Shown in pieces: positions 36,579-49,188 of a stretch of 64,000 nt of DNA. The first letter of the stretch is position 1. Every line of letters starts with the position of its first letter. Position numbers and translations under genes: made by a program. Location of the stretch: the NCBI RefSeq assembly GCF_013122565.1, contig NZ_CP053258.1; one strand, given 5' to 3'. The DNA comes from Escherichia coli (lineage in GTDB: Bacteria; Pseudomonadota; Gammaproteobacteria; Enterobacterales; Enterobacteriaceae). The notes beneath the pieces were generated by a model. That model had not been told where the DNA came from, did not search any database, and was given only the letters and a program-made list of their open reading frames with translations.

Positions 36579-37331
36579 ATGGCTGTAACTAAGCTGGTTC
36601 TGGTTCGTCATGGCGAAAGTCAGTGGAACAAAGAAAACCGTTTCACCGGTTGGTACGACGTGGATCTGTCTGAGAAAGGCGTAAGCGAAGCAAAAGCAGC
36701 AGGTAAGCTGCTGAAAGAGGAAGGTTACAGCTTTGACTTTGCTTACACTTCTGTGCTGAAACGCGCTATCCATACCCTGTGGAATGTGCTGGACGAACTG
36801 GATCAGGCATGGCTGCCCGTTGAGAAATCCTGGAAACTGAACGAACGTCACTACGGTGCGTTGCAGGGTCTGAACAAAGCGGAAACTGCTGAAAAGTATG
36901 GCGACGAGCAGGTGAAACAGTGGCGTCGTGGTTTTGCAGTGACTCCGCCGGAACTGACTAAAGATGATGAGCGTTATCCGGGTCACGATCCGCGTTACGC
37001 GAAACTGAGCGAGAAAGAACTGCCGCTGACGGAAAGCCTGGCGCTGACCATTGACCGCGTGATCCCTTACTGGAATGAAACCATTCTGCCGCGTATGAAG
37101 AGCGGTGAGCGCGTGATCATCGCTGCACACGGTAACTCTTTACGTGCGCTGGTGAAATATCTTGATAACATGAGTGAAGAAGAGATTCTTGAGCTGAATA
37201 TCCCGACAGGCGTGCCGCTGGTGTATGAGTTCGACGAGAATTTCAAACCGCTGAAACGTTATTATCTGGGTAATGCTGACGAGATCGCAGCGAAAGCAGC
37301 GGCGGTTGCTAACCAGGGTAAAGCGAAGTAA
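36579..37331 (+). CDS. gpmA: 2,3-bisphosphoglycerate-dependent phosphoglycerate mutase GpmA, 250 aa
   Basis: ORF 36564..37331 with start at [17 protein letters not shown]. Confidence 0.95.
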
Positions 37332-37353
37332 ACGTCATTCGTTTAAAAATAAG

Positions 37354-37387
37354 AAAGCCGACTGCAACAAGTGAGTCGGCTTTTTTG
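37354..37387 (+). terminator. Rho-independent terminator after gpmA
   Basis: agccgact...agtcggct hairpin followed by tttttt. Confidence 0.75.
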
Positions 37388-37394
37388 TTGCTAA

Positions 37395-37480
37395 CAATGG
37401 AGCACATTGCCTGATGCGACGCTGGCGCGTCTTATCAGGCCTATGGTGATTCATCGGATACGCCACTCTGGCGGTGCATC
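37395..37480. repeat. REP-like elements between gpmA and aroG
   Basis: gcctgatgcgacgctggcgcgtcttatcaggcc and ggatacgccactctggcggtgcatccgac. Confidence 0.5.
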
Positions 37481-37493
37481 CGACAATTAAACC

Positions 37494-38546
37494 TTACCCG
37501 CGACGCGCTTTTACTGCATTCGCCAGTTGACGTAACAGAGCATCGGTATCATCCCAGCCAATGCAGGCATCGGTGATGCTCTTACCGTAGGCCAGCGGCT
37601 CCCCGCTCTCGAGGCTCTGATTGCCTTCCACCAGATGGCTTTCCACCATCACGCCAATAATGGCCTTTTCGCCACCGGCAATCTGCTGGCAAACGTCAGC
37701 ACAAACATCCATCTGCTTTTTGAATTGTTTTGACGAGTTAGCATGGCTGAAATCGATCATCACCTGTGCTGGCAGTCCTGCTTTGTTCAGCCCTTCTTTC
37801 ACTTCAGCAACGTGCTTCGCGCTGTAGTTAGGCTCTTTACCGCCGCGCAGAATGATATGGCAATCGCCGTTACCACTGGTATTCACAATCGCCGAATGCC
37901 CCCATTTCGTTACGGACAGGAAGCAGTGCGGCGCACCGGCGGCATTAATGGCATCGATAGCCACTTTAATCGTACCGTCGGTGCCATTTTTGAAGCCGAC
38001 CGGACAAGAAAGCCCTGATGCCAGTTCGCGGTGCACCTGCGATTCGGTGGTACGTGCGCCAATTGCGCCCCAGCTCATCAGGTCAGCGAGATATTGTGGG
38101 GTGATCATATCGAGAAACTCACCCGCCGCTGGCAGACCGCTGTCGTTAATATCAAGCAGCAATTTACGGGCAATACGCAGACCGTCGTTGATCTGGAAGC
38201 TGTTATCCATATGCGGATCGTTAATCAGCCCTTTCCAGCCCACCGTGGTACGCGGCTTTTCAAAATAGACGCGCATTACGATTTCCAGCTCATCTTTCAG
38301 CTCTTCACGCAGCGCCAGCAAGCGAGTGGCATACTCTTTTGCCGCGACAGGATCATGAATTGAGCATGGGCCAATCACAACCAACAGGCGATCATCATTA
38401 CCTTTCAGGATCTTATGGATCGCTTTTCGGGCATAGGCAACCGTATTCGCGGCATTTTCAGTAGCGGGGAATTTTTCCAGCAATGCGACAGGAGGAAGTA
38501 ACTCTTTGATTTCTTTGATGCGTAAATCGTCGTTCTGATAATTCAT
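37494..38546 (-). CDS. aroG: Phe-sensitive DAHP synthase AroG
   Basis: 350-aa ORF (MNYQNDDLRIKEIKELLPPVALLEKFPATE), recognised. Confidence 0.96.
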   Translation of the reverse strand: MNYQNDDLRIKEIKELLPPVALLEKFPATENAANTVAYARKAIHKILKGNDDRLLVVIGPCSIHDPVAAKEYATRLLALREELKDELEIVMRVYFEKPRTTVGWKGLINDPHMDNSFQINDGLRIARKLLLDINDSGLPAAGEFLDMITPQYLADLMSWGAIGARTTESQVHRELASGLSCPVGFKNGTDGTIKVAIDAINAAGAPHCFLSVTKWGHSAIVNTSGNGDCHIILRGGKEPNYSAKHVAEVKEGLNKAGLPAQVMIDFSHANSSKQFKKQMDVCADVCQQIAGGEKAIIGVMVESHLVEGNQSLESGEPLAYGKSITDACIGWDDTDALLRQLANAVKARRG

Positions 38547-38616
38547 GTCTGTTCCAGTGTTGCCATACTTATCTTAGTGAATGCAATACTTCCAATCTAT
38601 ATCTTCCGTCAGAATG

Positions 38617-38634
38617 TGTAAACGGGGTTTTACA
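38617..38634. promoter_or_regulatory. TyrR box upstream of aroG
   Basis: tgtaaacggggttttaca = TGTAAA-N6-TTTACA. Confidence 0.8.
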
Positions 38635-38861
38635 CTATGAACGGATTAATCCTGGAATTAGCAAGAAAAACGCCAGATTGTCGCGAAAAACGAGATCTCT
38701 CCTACAATTTCTAACTGTAACTCCTTTGTTTGTTAATTATTTCAAGATTCTCTGCTGCGTTTCATAACCTGGCTGAAATCTTAAACCAATGCCTTATATT
38801 CACCTGCAAATGCACTGTTGGAAGAGGTTATCCGACATAACGACCATAACAGGAGCATCCT

Positions 38862-39242
38862 ATGAAAATGACAAAACTGGCCACACTATTTCTGACTGCC
38901 ACTCTAAGCCTTGCCAGCGGTGCCGCACTGGCTGCCGATAGCGGAGCGCAAACTAATAACGGCCAGGCAAACGCCGCAGCTGATGCGGGCCAGGTAGCCC
39001 CTGACGCCCGTGAAAATGTCGCGCCAAATAACGTCGACAATAACGGGGTAAATACCGGTTCTGGCGGCACAATGCTGCATTCGGATGGTTCTTCAATGAA
39101 CAATGACGGCATGACCAAAGATGAAGAGCACAAGAACACCATGTGTAAAGATGGTCGCTGTCCGGATATCAATAAAAAGGTACAAACCGGTGATGGCATC
39201 AATAATGATGTCGATACCAAAACCGACGGTACCACGCAGTAA
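38862..39242 (+). CDS. ybgS: Uncharacterized secreted protein YbgS (signal peptide, Gly/Asn/Asp-rich)
   Basis: 126-aa ORF, recognised by position and composition. Confidence 0.85.
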
Positions 39243-39355
39243 CCCTGCAAAATAGCCAATAATGGGAGAGCGGAGTCTCTCCCTTTTAATTTTTCCCTTC
39301 TAAAAGCAGTATGATGTCATAAAGTTAAGTGAGAATAACTAAGGGATGACTCGTC

Positions 39356-40297
39356 ATGGCGCACTCACACTCACACACTTCCCCACACCTGCCAGAAGAT
39401 AATAATGCTCGTCGCTTGTTGTATGCTTTCGGCGTGACTGCCGGGTTTATGCTGGTAGAAGTCGTTGGTGGTTTTCTTTCTGGTTCTCTGGCATTGCTGG
39501 CCGATGCGGGTCATATGTTGACCGATACTGCTGCCCTGCTTTTTGCCCTACTCGCCGTGCAATTTTCACGTCGTCCTCCCACCATTCGCCACACTTTCGG
39601 TTGGCTAAGATTGACCACGCTCGCGGCGTTTGTGAATGCCATAGCCCTGGTGGTGATTACTATTTTGATTGTCTGGGAGGCGATAGAACGCTTCCGCACA
39701 CCGCGTCCGGTCGAGGGCGGCATGATGATGGCAATTGCCGTGGCTGGGTTGCTGGCAAATATACTTTCTTTCTGGTTACTTCATCACGGCAGCGAAGAGA
39801 AAAACCTCAACGTACGAGCAGCGGCACTGCATGTGCTCGGGGACCTGCTGGGTTCGGTTGGGGCTATTATTGCCGCGTTGATTATTATCTGGACCGGCTG
39901 GACACCTGCTGACCCTATTCTCTCGATACTGGTGTCGCTTCTGGTTCTGCGTAGCGCGTGGCGACTGTTGAAAGATAGCGTGAATGAATTACTTGAAGGT
40001 GCACCGGTATCGCTGGATATCGCTGAACTGAAGCGTCGTATGTGCCGGGAAATCCCGGAAGTCCGCAATGTGCACCATGTACATGTATGGATGGTAGGCG
40101 AGAAGCCGGTGATGACGCTGCATGTGCAGGTGATCCCGCCACACGATCACGATGCCTTGTTGGATCAGATCCAACACTACCTGATGGATCACTATCAGAT
40201 TGAGCACGCCACCATTCAGATGGAATATCAACCTTGTCATGGGCCAGACTGCCACCTGAATGAAGGGGTGTCTGGCCATTCACATCATCACCATTAA
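39356..40297 (+). CDS. zitB: Zinc efflux cation diffusion facilitator ZitB
   Basis: 313-aa ORF, His-rich termini, recognised. Confidence 0.92.
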   Translation: MAHSHSHTSPHLPEDNNARRLLYAFGVTAGFMLVEVVGGFLSGSLALLADAGHMLTDTAALLFALLAVQFSRRPPTIRHTFGWLRLTTLAAFVNAIALVVITILIVWEAIERFRTPRPVEGGMMMAIAVAGLLANILSFWLLHHGSEEKNLNVRAAALHVLGDLLGSVGAIIAALIIIWTGWTPADPILSILVSLLVLRSAWRLLKDSVNELLEGAPVSLDIAELKRRMCREIPEVRNVHHVHVWMVGEKPVMTLHVQVIPPHDHDALLDQIQHYLMDHYQIEHATIQMEYQPCHGPDCHLNEGVSGHSHHHH

Positions 40298-41013
40298 TGG
40301 GACAGCGCGCGTGAGCCTCTTTCGCGTGCGCTGTTGATCCACATCCGACTGCCGTTGAGCGCAATAAAGGTCAGGATGATGTACTCCAGAGACATGGCGT
40401 AAACGCCCTGAAGTGCAAAAATAACGACGCTAATCACGTTAATAATCACCCACAACAGCCAGTTTTCCACATACTTACGCGTCATCAGAATCATTGCCAC
40501 GATAGATAACACCATCATGCATGAATCCCAGAACGGAAAAGCGTCCGGTTGCAGTTCAGGCATCACAACCTGTAATCCTAATGCTTGCATGATCATGACT
40601 GCCACGCGGGTCAAAAATGCAAACACCGGATTGATAAATACCGTCATCAGACCAATCGAAACAACGCAAACCGCCAACCAGCTGAGCGCCTTCGGCAATG
40701 GCAACCAGCGAATTTTCAACTCCGCCTCGTTCTGACTGGTTTGTCGCGACCACGCATACCAACCGTAAATATTCGCGGCAAAGAAAAACACCTGTAATAG
40801 CAGGCTGGCATACAGCTGAATCTGAAAGAAAATAATGCCAAACAAAGTGACGTTGATCAGGCCAAAGAAGTAGTTGCTGATCTTCTCCAGACTGGCAAGG
40901 CCAATACACAGCAACCCGGCGATCGTGCCTACCGCTTCGATCCATGAGAGATCATAACCGCCTGCCCCTATTGGTATATGTACCAGGATATTCTGCACAC
41001 TAAAAAAATCCAT
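40294..41013 (-). CDS. pnuC: Nicotinamide riboside transporter PnuC
   Basis: 239-aa membrane ORF, downstream of nadA. Confidence 0.92.
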   Translation of the reverse strand: MDFFSVQNILVHIPIGAGGYDLSWIEAVGTIAGLLCIGLASLEKISNYFFGLINVTLFGIIFFQIQLYASLLLQVFFFAANIYGWYAWSRQTSQNEAELKIRWLPLPKALSWLAVCVVSIGLMTVFINPVFAFLTRVAVMIMQALGLQVVMPELQPDAFPFWDSCMMVLSIVAMILMTRKYVENWLLWVIINVISVVIFALQGVYAMSLEYIILTFIALNGSRMWINSARERGSRALSH

Positions 41014-41050
41014 CTTTCCCCCAAAGCGTAACGTTACGCCTTATTATTCG

Positions 41051-42094
41051 TTATCCACGTAGTGTAGCCGCAAAATCCAGCATACGATTGAGCGGCACCA
41101 GCGCCCTCTCTCGCAGCCTCTCATCAACATGAACCTCGTGATTACTTCCTTCCTGTTCTAATGCCTCTGCGATAGCCTGAAGGCCATTCATGGCCATCCA
41201 CGGACAATGCGCGCAGCTGCGGCAGGTTGCACCCTCACCTGCGGTTGGTGCTTCCAGTAACTCTTTATCTGGCACCGCCTGCTGCATTTTGTAGAAAATA
41301 CCCCGATCGGTTGCCACAATAAGCCGCTGATGAGGCAATGCTTTTGCAGCAGCGATCAGTTGACTGGTGGAACCGACCGCATCCGCCATATCGACAATAG
41401 CTTGTGGTGATTCTGGATGCACCAGTATGGCAGCATCCGGGTATTCTTCTTGCAAGCGGGTTAACGCCTGAGTCTTAAATTCATCATGCACAATGCAGGC
41501 ACCCTGCCAGCATAAAATATCTGCGCCCGTCTGTTTTTGCACGTAACGCCCCAGATGTTTGTCGGGTGCCCAGATGATTTTTTCACCCAAACTATCCAGA
41601 TGATCAATAAGTTCGACGGCAATGCTTGAAGTTACCACCCAATCTGCCCGCGCTTTTACCGCAGCAGAAGTGTTGGCGTAGACGACGACAGTACGATCGG
41701 GATGGGCATCGCAAAATGCGTTAAATTCTTCAACAGGGCAGCCGAGATCCAGTGAACACTCAGCCTGAAGTGTCGGCATCAGAATTGTTTTTTCCGGACT
41801 GAGAATTTTGGCGGTTTCTCCCATAAATCTCACCCCAGCGACTAACAACGTAGAAGCGGGATGCTTTGCACCGAAGCGCGCCATTTCCAGAGAATCAGAA
41901 ATACAGCCACCGGTTTCTTCTGCCAGTTGTTGAATTTCGGGATCGGTATAGTAATGGGCAACCATCACCGCATTACGTTCTTTTAGCAGACGTTTTATCT
42001 TCTCGCGGTAATACGCTTTTTCATCAATGCTTAACGGCGTCGGCTTCGGGGGGAAAGGATAAATCGCCGTGTCTGGATCAAACATCACGCTCAT
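41051..42094 (-). CDS. nadA: Quinolinate synthase NadA
   Basis: 347-aa ORF, recognised. Confidence 0.95.
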   Translation of the reverse strand: MSVMFDPDTAIYPFPPKPTPLSIDEKAYYREKIKRLLKERNAVMVAHYYTDPEIQQLAEETGGCISDSLEMARFGAKHPASTLLVAGVRFMGETAKILSPEKTILMPTLQAECSLDLGCPVEEFNAFCDAHPDRTVVVYANTSAAVKARADWVVTSSIAVELIDHLDSLGEKIIWAPDKHLGRYVQKQTGADILCWQGACIVHDEFKTQALTRLQEEYPDAAILVHPESPQAIVDMADAVGSTSQLIAAAKALPHQRLIVATDRGIFYKMQQAVPDKELLEAPTAGEGATCRSCAHCPWMAMNGLQAIAEALEQEGSNHEVHVDERLRERALVPLNRMLDFAATLRG

Positions 42095-42166
42095 CTTACC
42101 ATCTCGTTTTACAGGCTTAACGTTAAAACCGACATAAGCGTGATATTCGCTGTTATCGGTGTAATT

Positions 42167-42184
42167 TGTTTTATATGCTAAACA
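42167..42184. promoter_or_regulatory. NadR operator upstream of nadA
   Basis: tgttttatatgctaaaca close to TGTTTA-N6-TAAACA. Confidence 0.7.
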
Positions 42185-42337
42185 AGATAGTCGAATGGTG
42201 GGGAAAAGTCACTCGAATTACGCCTAATGTGCAGGATGCGTCATTTTACGCCTAATTCTACCGACATAGAGTTGCTTGCACAGTAAGCTCTGACTATGTC
42301 ATCAGGTTTACAAAGTTAAATTGAGGGATGCCTGAAT

Positions 42338-42366
42338 AGCAAAAAAGCGCCTTTAGGGCGCTTTTT
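42338..42366 (-). terminator. Rho-independent terminator at the end of the tRNA operon
   Basis: gcgcc...ggcgc hairpin flanked by A/T runs, just downstream (minus strand) of the last tRNA. Confidence 0.7.
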
Positions 42367-42371
42367 TACAT

Positions 42372-42447
42372 TGGTGGGTCGTGCAGGATTCGAACCTGCG
42401 ACCAATTGATTAAAAGTCAACTGCTCTACCAACTGAGCTAACGACCC
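42372..42447 (-). tRNA. lysQ: tRNA-Lys (UUU)
   Basis: Exact match to remembered E. coli tRNA-Lys including CCA; name by position next to nadA. Confidence 0.95.
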
Positions 42448-42480
42448 CTTGCGGGATTATGCTGCTTTAATCATTCAGGA

Positions 42481-42556
42481 TGGTGGGTCGTGCAGGATTC
42501 GAACCTGCGACCAATTGATTAAAAGTCAACTGCTCTACCAACTGAGCTAACGACCC
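42481..42556 (-). tRNA. lysZ: tRNA-Lys (UUU)
   Basis: Identical 76-nt copy. Confidence 0.95.
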
Positions 42557-42604
42557 ATACGGGTGTTACCTGAAAGATTTCTACTCGGAACCAATCTTTA
42601 AAAT

Positions 42605-42702
42605 TGGTGGGTCGTGCAGGATGACTCGCTTCGCTCGCCCTACGGGCCGTTGCTGGCGCAACGTTATCCTTCACGCTTAACATCTGAGTTTGATGTTAAA
42701 AC
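42605..42702 (-). repeat. Spacer repeat copy 1 (ends, in transcript sense, with a 17-nt copy of the tRNA-Lys 3' end)
   Basis: tggtgggtcgtgcagga then gactcgcttcgctcgccctacgggccgttgctg...; three near-identical copies in this operon. Confidence 0.7.
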
Positions 42703-42778
42703 TGGTGGGTCGTGCAGGATTCGAACCTGCGACCAATTGATTAAAAGTCAACTGCTCTACCAACTGAGCTAACGACCC
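42703..42778 (-). tRNA. lysY: tRNA-Lys (UUU)
   Basis: Identical 76-nt copy. Confidence 0.95.
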
Positions 42779-42781
42779 GAG

Positions 42782-42857
42782 TGGTGGGTGATGACGGGAT
42801 CGAACCGCCGACCCCCTCCTTGTAAGGGAGGTGCTCTCCCAGCTGAGCTAATCACCC
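42782..42857 (-). tRNA. valZ: tRNA-Val (UAC)
   Basis: 76 nt, recognised tRNA-Val (GGGTGATTAGCTCAGCTGGGAGAGCACCTCCCTTACAAGGAGG...CCA on minus strand). Confidence 0.93.
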
Positions 42858-42908
42858 GATACTGCGCTGGATACTACAAACTACTTCCACCGAACCCACC
42901 GTAATTAG

Positions 42909-43006
42909 TGGTGGGTCGTGCAGGATGACTCGCTTCGCTCGCCCTACGGGCCGTTGCTGACGCAACGTTATCCTACACGCTTAACATCTGTCTTCGATGT
43001 TAAAAT
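42909..43006 (-). repeat. Spacer repeat copy 2
   Basis: Same element as 42605-42702 with a few substitutions. Confidence 0.7.
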
Positions 43007-43082
43007 TGGTGGGTCGTGCAGGATTCGAACCTGCGACCAATTGATTAAAAGTCAACTGCTCTACCAACTGAGCTAACGACCC
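43007..43082 (-). tRNA. lysW: tRNA-Lys (UUU)
   Basis: Identical 76-nt copy. Confidence 0.95.
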
Positions 43083-43084
43083 GG

Positions 43085-43160
43085 TGGTGGGTGATGACGG
43101 GATCGAACCGCCGACCCCCTCCTTGTAAGGGAGGTGCTCTCCCAGCTGAGCTAATCACCC
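43085..43160 (-). tRNA. valT: tRNA-Val (UAC)
   Basis: Identical to the other Val copy. Confidence 0.93.
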
Positions 43161-43195
43161 GATACTACGCTGGATACTACAACTAACTATGTTAG

Positions 43196-43295
43196 TGGTG
43201 GGTCGTGCAGGATGACTCGACTTCGTCTCGCCCTTCGGGCCGTTGCTGACGCAACGTTATCCTTCACGTTTTACTACCGCTTCCACCTTAGCGCT
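43196..43295 (-). repeat. Spacer repeat copy 3
   Basis: Same element, slightly diverged (gactcgacttcgtctcgcccttcgggccg). Confidence 0.7.
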
Positions 43296-43371
43296 TGGTG
43301 GGTCGTGCAGGATTCGAACCTGCGACCAATTGATTAAAAGTCAACTGCTCTACCAACTGAGCTAACGACCC
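43296..43371 (-). tRNA. lysT: tRNA-Lys (UUU)
   Basis: Identical 76-nt copy; first gene of the operon. Confidence 0.95.
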
Positions 43372-43535
43372 ACTTTTTCGTTGCTTTCGGTTTGTTTGAT
43401 ATCCCGTGGCAACGGCGGCATATATTACTGATTTCAGACTTGAGCGCAACAAAAATTTCGATGTAGATCACTCAACTGCTTATGATTCGCACGACACGAC
43501 CAGAAATAATGCGACTTCTGGTCGTGTGTTATGCA

Positions 43536-44327
43536 TTACATCGCGTTCAGACGTTTTTGCGCCTGTTTAGCGCCATCAGTACCAGGGTATTTACTGATAA
43601 CCTGCTGGTATACGGCTTTCGCTTTTGCGGTGTCACCTTTGTCCTGCATGATGACGCCGACTTTAAACATCGCATCTGCAGCCTTTGGTGACTTCGGATA
43701 GTTTTTCACTACCGAAGCAAAATAGTACGCCGCATCATCTTTTTTACCCTTGTTGTAGTTTAACTGACCCAGCCAATAATTGGCGTTTGGCAGGTAAGTT
43801 GAATCAGGGTAATTTTTGATGAAATTCTGAAATGCCACCATTGCGTCATCCTGGCGGGATTTATCCTGCACCAGCGCAATAGCTGCATTGTAATCCGTGT
43901 TTGCATCGCCGCTTTTCACCGGCGCGCCAGCATTCGCAGTACCAGCATCAGCTGTCGGCGTCGTTGATGCCGCCGCACCGCTTTGATCACCGCTGGTTGA
44001 TTGCGCCGCTGCACCACCGCTGCTGAGGCTGTCGATCTGCAACAGGATCTGCTTTTGCCGCTCCACGACCTGATTCAGTTGATACTGATTTTCCTGAATC
44101 TGACCACGCAGGGAATCAATATCGGATTGATTATCAGAGAGTTGTTGCTGGAGTTGGGTTAAAAGCTGGCTGTGAGCATTAGAAATACGCTCAAGTTGAG
44201 TGACGCGGTCTTCGACCGAGCCTGAGCCGACACTACTGATTGGTGCCTGAGCAAAAGCGGCCCAGGGGGCCGCTATACCAACCAGTAACGACAGACTCAA
44301 TAGTTGATGTCTGAAGTTACTGCTCAT
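43536..44327 (-). CDS. cpoB: Cell division coordinator CpoB (YbgF), TPR protein with signal peptide
   Basis: 263-aa ORF, recognised. Confidence 0.93.
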   Translation of the reverse strand: MSSNFRHQLLSLSLLVGIAAPWAAFAQAPISSVGSGSVEDRVTQLERISNAHSQLLTQLQQQLSDNQSDIDSLRGQIQENQYQLNQVVERQKQILLQIDSLSSGGAAAQSTSGDQSGAAASTTPTADAGTANAGAPVKSGDANTDYNAAIALVQDKSRQDDAMVAFQNFIKNYPDSTYLPNANYWLGQLNYNKGKKDDAAYYFASVVKNYPKSPKAADAMFKVGVIMQDKGDTAKAKAVYQQVISKYPGTDGAKQAQKRLNAM

Positions 44328-44336
44328 GCAATTCTC

Positions 44337-44882
<546 letters not shown>

Positions 44883-44892
44883 TTAATTATTA

Positions 44893-46185
44893 TCACAGAT
44901 ACGGCGACCAGGCAGGGAATTTGACCTGTCCATCAGTTGCCGGAAGACGCGCTTTGAAACGCCCATCTGTAGAAACCAAATTCAGCACGGATCCCATCCC
45001 CTGAGAAGAGCTGTAGATTACCATAGTGCCGTTAGGTGCCAGACTTGGCGTTTCATCCAGGAACGTGGACGACAGAACTTGTACGCCTCCCGTTGCCAGA
45101 TCTTGTTTGGCAATGTGCTGCTGCCCACCGTTGGAGCTGACCATTACCATAAATTTACCGTCGCTGCTGACATCCGCATCCTGGTTCTGCGAACCTTCCC
45201 AGGTAATACGTTGTGGCGCACCGCCGTTGATATTCACTTTATAAACCTGTGGACGACCGGCCTGGTCAGAAGTAAATGCCAGGTTCTGGCTGTCCGGGAA
45301 CCAGGTCGGTTCGGTATTGTTACTGCGACCATCAGTCACCTGGCGGATCTGACCAGAAGCCAAATCCATTACGTACAGGTTCAGACTACCGGTTTTCGAC
45401 AAGGCGAATGCCAGTTTGCTGCCGTCTGGCGAGAATGCAGGTGCACCGTTGTGACGCGGGAATGAAGCCACCTGACGTACAGCGCCATTTGCCAGCGTTT
45501 GGATGACCAGCGCGGAACGACCACTTTCGAAGGTCACATAAGCCAGTTTAGAACCGTCTGGTGACCATGCCGGAGACATCAGCGGCTGCGGTGAACGGTG
45601 AACGACAAACTGGTTGTAACCGTCATAGTCAGATACGCGCAGTTCATACGGGAACTGACCGCCGTTGGTCTGAACAACGTAGGCAATACGGGTACGGAAC
45701 GCACCTTTAATGCCGGTCAGTTTTTCAAACACTTCATCACTGGCGGTATGACCAGCATAACGCAGCCACTGCTTGTTCACTTTGTACGAGTTCTGAGCAA
45801 GTACAGTACCCGGTGCGCCGCCAGTGTCAACAAGTTGATAAGCAACATTGTAAGAACCATCCGGATTCGGAGTGACCTGACCGACAACCACAGCGTCAAT
45901 GCCCAGCGCAGACCATGCAGCTGGTTGTACTTCCTGCGCACTACCCGGCTGCTGTGGCAGACGAGCGCGATCTAACGGATTAAATTTACCGCTGTTACGC
46001 AAGTCAGCAGCAACGATGCCGCCAATATCTTCAGGTGCCGCACCTGGCCCCGCCCACTGGAAAGGAACAACACCAATAGGACGACCGGAATCTACACCGC
46101 TATCGATCACAATGCGGACTTCAGCATGCAGAACTGATGCCCACAGTATGAGAAAACCAAATGCTACTCGTAATGCCTGCTTCAT
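44893..46185 (-). CDS. tolB: Tol-Pal system periplasmic protein TolB, 430 aa
   Basis: ORF 44893..46188, start at second Met ([21 protein letters not shown]). Confidence 0.95.
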   Translation of the reverse strand: MKQALRVAFGFLILWASVLHAEVRIVIDSGVDSGRPIGVVPFQWAGPGAAPEDIGGIVAADLRNSGKFNPLDRARLPQQPGSAQEVQPAAWSALGIDAVVVGQVTPNPDGSYNVAYQLVDTGGAPGTVLAQNSYKVNKQWLRYAGHTASDEVFEKLTGIKGAFRTRIAYVVQTNGGQFPYELRVSDYDGYNQFVVHRSPQPLMSPAWSPDGSKLAYVTFESGRSALVIQTLANGAVRQVASFPRHNGAPAFSPDGSKLAFALSKTGSLNLYVMDLASGQIRQVTDGRSNNTEPTWFPDSQNLAFTSDQAGRPQVYKVNINGGAPQRITWEGSQNQDADVSSDGKFMVMVSSNGGQQHIAKQDLATGGVQVLSSTFLDETPSLAPNGTMVIYSSSQGMGSVLNLVSTDGRFKARLPATDGQVKFPAWSPYL

Positions 46186-46317
46186 CATATCTCCCTTATC
46201 TGGACCGATGGCCCACGATAATTTAGCAGAATGTTAACAAACTAAAATACACAAAACTACCAGAACCCCGTGGCAACCGGTGCCTGATGTTGACCGTCGG
46301 AACAGTCAGCATCGCGA

Positions 46318-47598
46318 TTACGGTTTGAAGTCCAATGGCGCGTTTTTGAACACTTCATATACTGCCTGGCTTGGTGGTTTCGGGATCTTCGCAAGTTTAG
46401 CCGCTGCCAACGCAGCCTGACAAAGTGCGGGATCGCCACCTTCAGGTTTGATATCCAGTAACATACCATCGGGTGCCAGTTTTATGCGCAGCGTACAGGT
46501 TTTGCCTGCATAGGACGATGCGTCATAGAACTTACTTTCGATAGCAGATTTAATCTGCCCGGCATAGTTATTGATATCGGCCCCTGATGCGCCATTGTTT
46601 TTAGTATTACCACTCCCGGCAGGCGAAGCATTGTTCCCTTTCGCTCCTCCCCCCGTTTTCGGTGCATTCTTACCAGAGCTTAGCTCACCGAAAATATCAT
46701 CTGCCTCTGCGGCAGCTTTTGCTGCAGCGGCTTTTTCAGCTGCTGCTTTTTCAGCTGCTGCTTTTGCAGCTGCCGCTTTTTTGTCTGCGGCGGCTTTTTC
46801 TGCCGCTGCTTTCTTATCAGCTGCTGCCTTTTCAGCAGCCGCTTTTTCTGCTGCTTTTTTGTCGGCTGCAGCTTTCTCTGCTGCCGCTTTCTTATCAGCT
46901 GCTGCCTTTTCAGCAGCCGCTTTCTTCTCAGCTTCTGCCTTGGCTTTTTCAGCAGCTTCAGTTGCTGCTTTCTTTCTTGCTTCAGCTGCAGCCGCTTCTG
47001 CCGCTTCCGCTTTCTTCTTCAGTGCCGCAGCGGCTGCCTCGGCTTTTTTCTGCGCTTCGGCTGCGGCTTTGGCGGCTTCTGCTTCTGCTTTTTTCTTCGC
47101 GTCTGCAGCCGCTTTCTTCGCTGCTTCTTCCGCAGCTTTAGCATCCGCTTCGGCCTTCGCTTTAGCATCTGCCGCCGCTTTCGCTGCCGCCTCTTCCGCT
47201 TGCTTCTGCTTTAACTCGGCCTGTTTTGCGGCTTCTTCAGCCTGCTTTTTCTGTTCCTGAGCAGCTAACCGCTCTTTCTCAAGTTGCTTCAGGCGTTCCT
47301 GTTCAGCCGCTTGTTTCTCACGCAGTTCTTCAGCAGCCTGCTGTTCCTTCATCTTGCGCTGCTCATCAGAACGCTTCGCGCTTGATTCCTGGCTTTGCAT
47401 GCGTTTGTACTGCTCAACTACCGCACCTGAATCAACCATGACAGCGTCGATGGACGAACCACCGCCGCCTCCGGCTGAAGCTTCTATATTCTCATCGAAC
47501 GAACTCCAGATCAGCGCCGCAAATAAGATGACATGCAGCACTGCTGAAATAATTATCGCCCGCTTGAGCTTGTCGTTTTGTTCGGTTGCCTTTGACAC
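46318..47598 (-). CDS. tolA: Tol-Pal system protein TolA (426 aa; long Ala/Lys/Glu-rich repeat domain)
   Basis: ORF track; recognised N-terminal anchor and C-terminal domain; central region built from tandem DNA repeats. Confidence 0.93.
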   Translation of the reverse strand: MSKATEQNDKLKRAIIISAVLHVILFAALIWSSFDENIEASAGGGGGSSIDAVMVDSGAVVEQYKRMQSQESSAKRSDEQRKMKEQQAAEELREKQAAEQERLKQLEKERLAAQEQKKQAEEAAKQAELKQKQAEEAAAKAAADAKAKAEADAKAAEEAAKKAAADAKKKAEAEAAKAAAEAQKKAEAAAAALKKKAEAAEAAAAEARKKAATEAAEKAKAEAEKKAAAEKAAADKKAAAEKAAADKKAAEKAAAEKAAADKKAAAEKAAADKKAAAAKAAAEKAAAEKAAAAKAAAEADDIFGELSSGKNAPKTGGGAKGNNASPAGSGNTKNNGASGADINNYAGQIKSAIESKFYDASSYAGKTCTLRIKLAPDGMLLDIKPEGGDPALCQAALAAAKLAKIPKPPSQAVYEVFKNAPLDFKP

Positions 47599-47662
47599 TC
47601 TCGGTTTCCAAAAACTGTTCGCCTGTTACCCGCTATCTTTCAAGCAAGGGAAACGCAGATGT

Positions 47663-48091
47663 TTAGATAGGCTGCGTCATTAAACCAACCGATTTCACAC
47701 CCGCACTATGTAACAAGTTCAGTGCTTTAATTATTTCATCGTAAGGCACATCTTTTGCGCCACCGATCAGAAAGACCGTTTTCGGGTTGGCCTTGAAACG
47801 GCTGGACACTTCCGCCACCACCTGCTCTGGTGGTAAACGCTCCAGGCGATCTTTCTCAACCACCACGGTGTACTGACCAATACCAGACACTTCAACAATC
47901 ACTGGCGGATTATCGTTACTGCTCACCGCCTGTGATTCAGTAGCGTCTGGCAGATCGACCTCCACGCTCTGGGTGATGATGGGCGCTGTCGCCATAAAGA
48001 TCAGCAACAGCACCAGCAGTACGTCCAGCAACGGTACAATGTTGATTTCGGACTTGAGATCGCGACGACCTCGTCCACGCGCTCTGGCCAT
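47663..48091 (-). CDS. tolR: Tol-Pal system protein TolR
   Basis: 142-aa ORF, recognised. Confidence 0.95.
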   Translation of the reverse strand: MARARGRGRRDLKSEINIVPLLDVLLVLLLIFMATAPIITQSVEVDLPDATESQAVSSNDNPPVIVEVSGIGQYTVVVEKDRLERLPPEQVVAEVSSRFKANPKTVFLIGGAKDVPYDEIIKALNLLHSAGVKSVGLMTQPI

Positions 48092-48094
48092 GGC

Positions 48095-49188
<1,094 letters not shown>

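Noticed and set aside
36552-37130. 192-aa minus-strand ORF
   Set aside because: Antisense to gpmA.
42605-42621. Possible additional tRNA-Lys genes in the tRNA operon spacers
   Set aside because: Only the last 17 nt of tRNA-Lys are present; the adjoining sequence cannot form a cloverleaf, so these are recorded as repeat elements rather than tRNA genes.
46571-47260. 229-aa and 159-aa plus-strand ORFs made of poly-Ala/Leu repeats
   Set aside because: Antisense to the repetitive tolA central domain; low-complexity artefact of the repeats.
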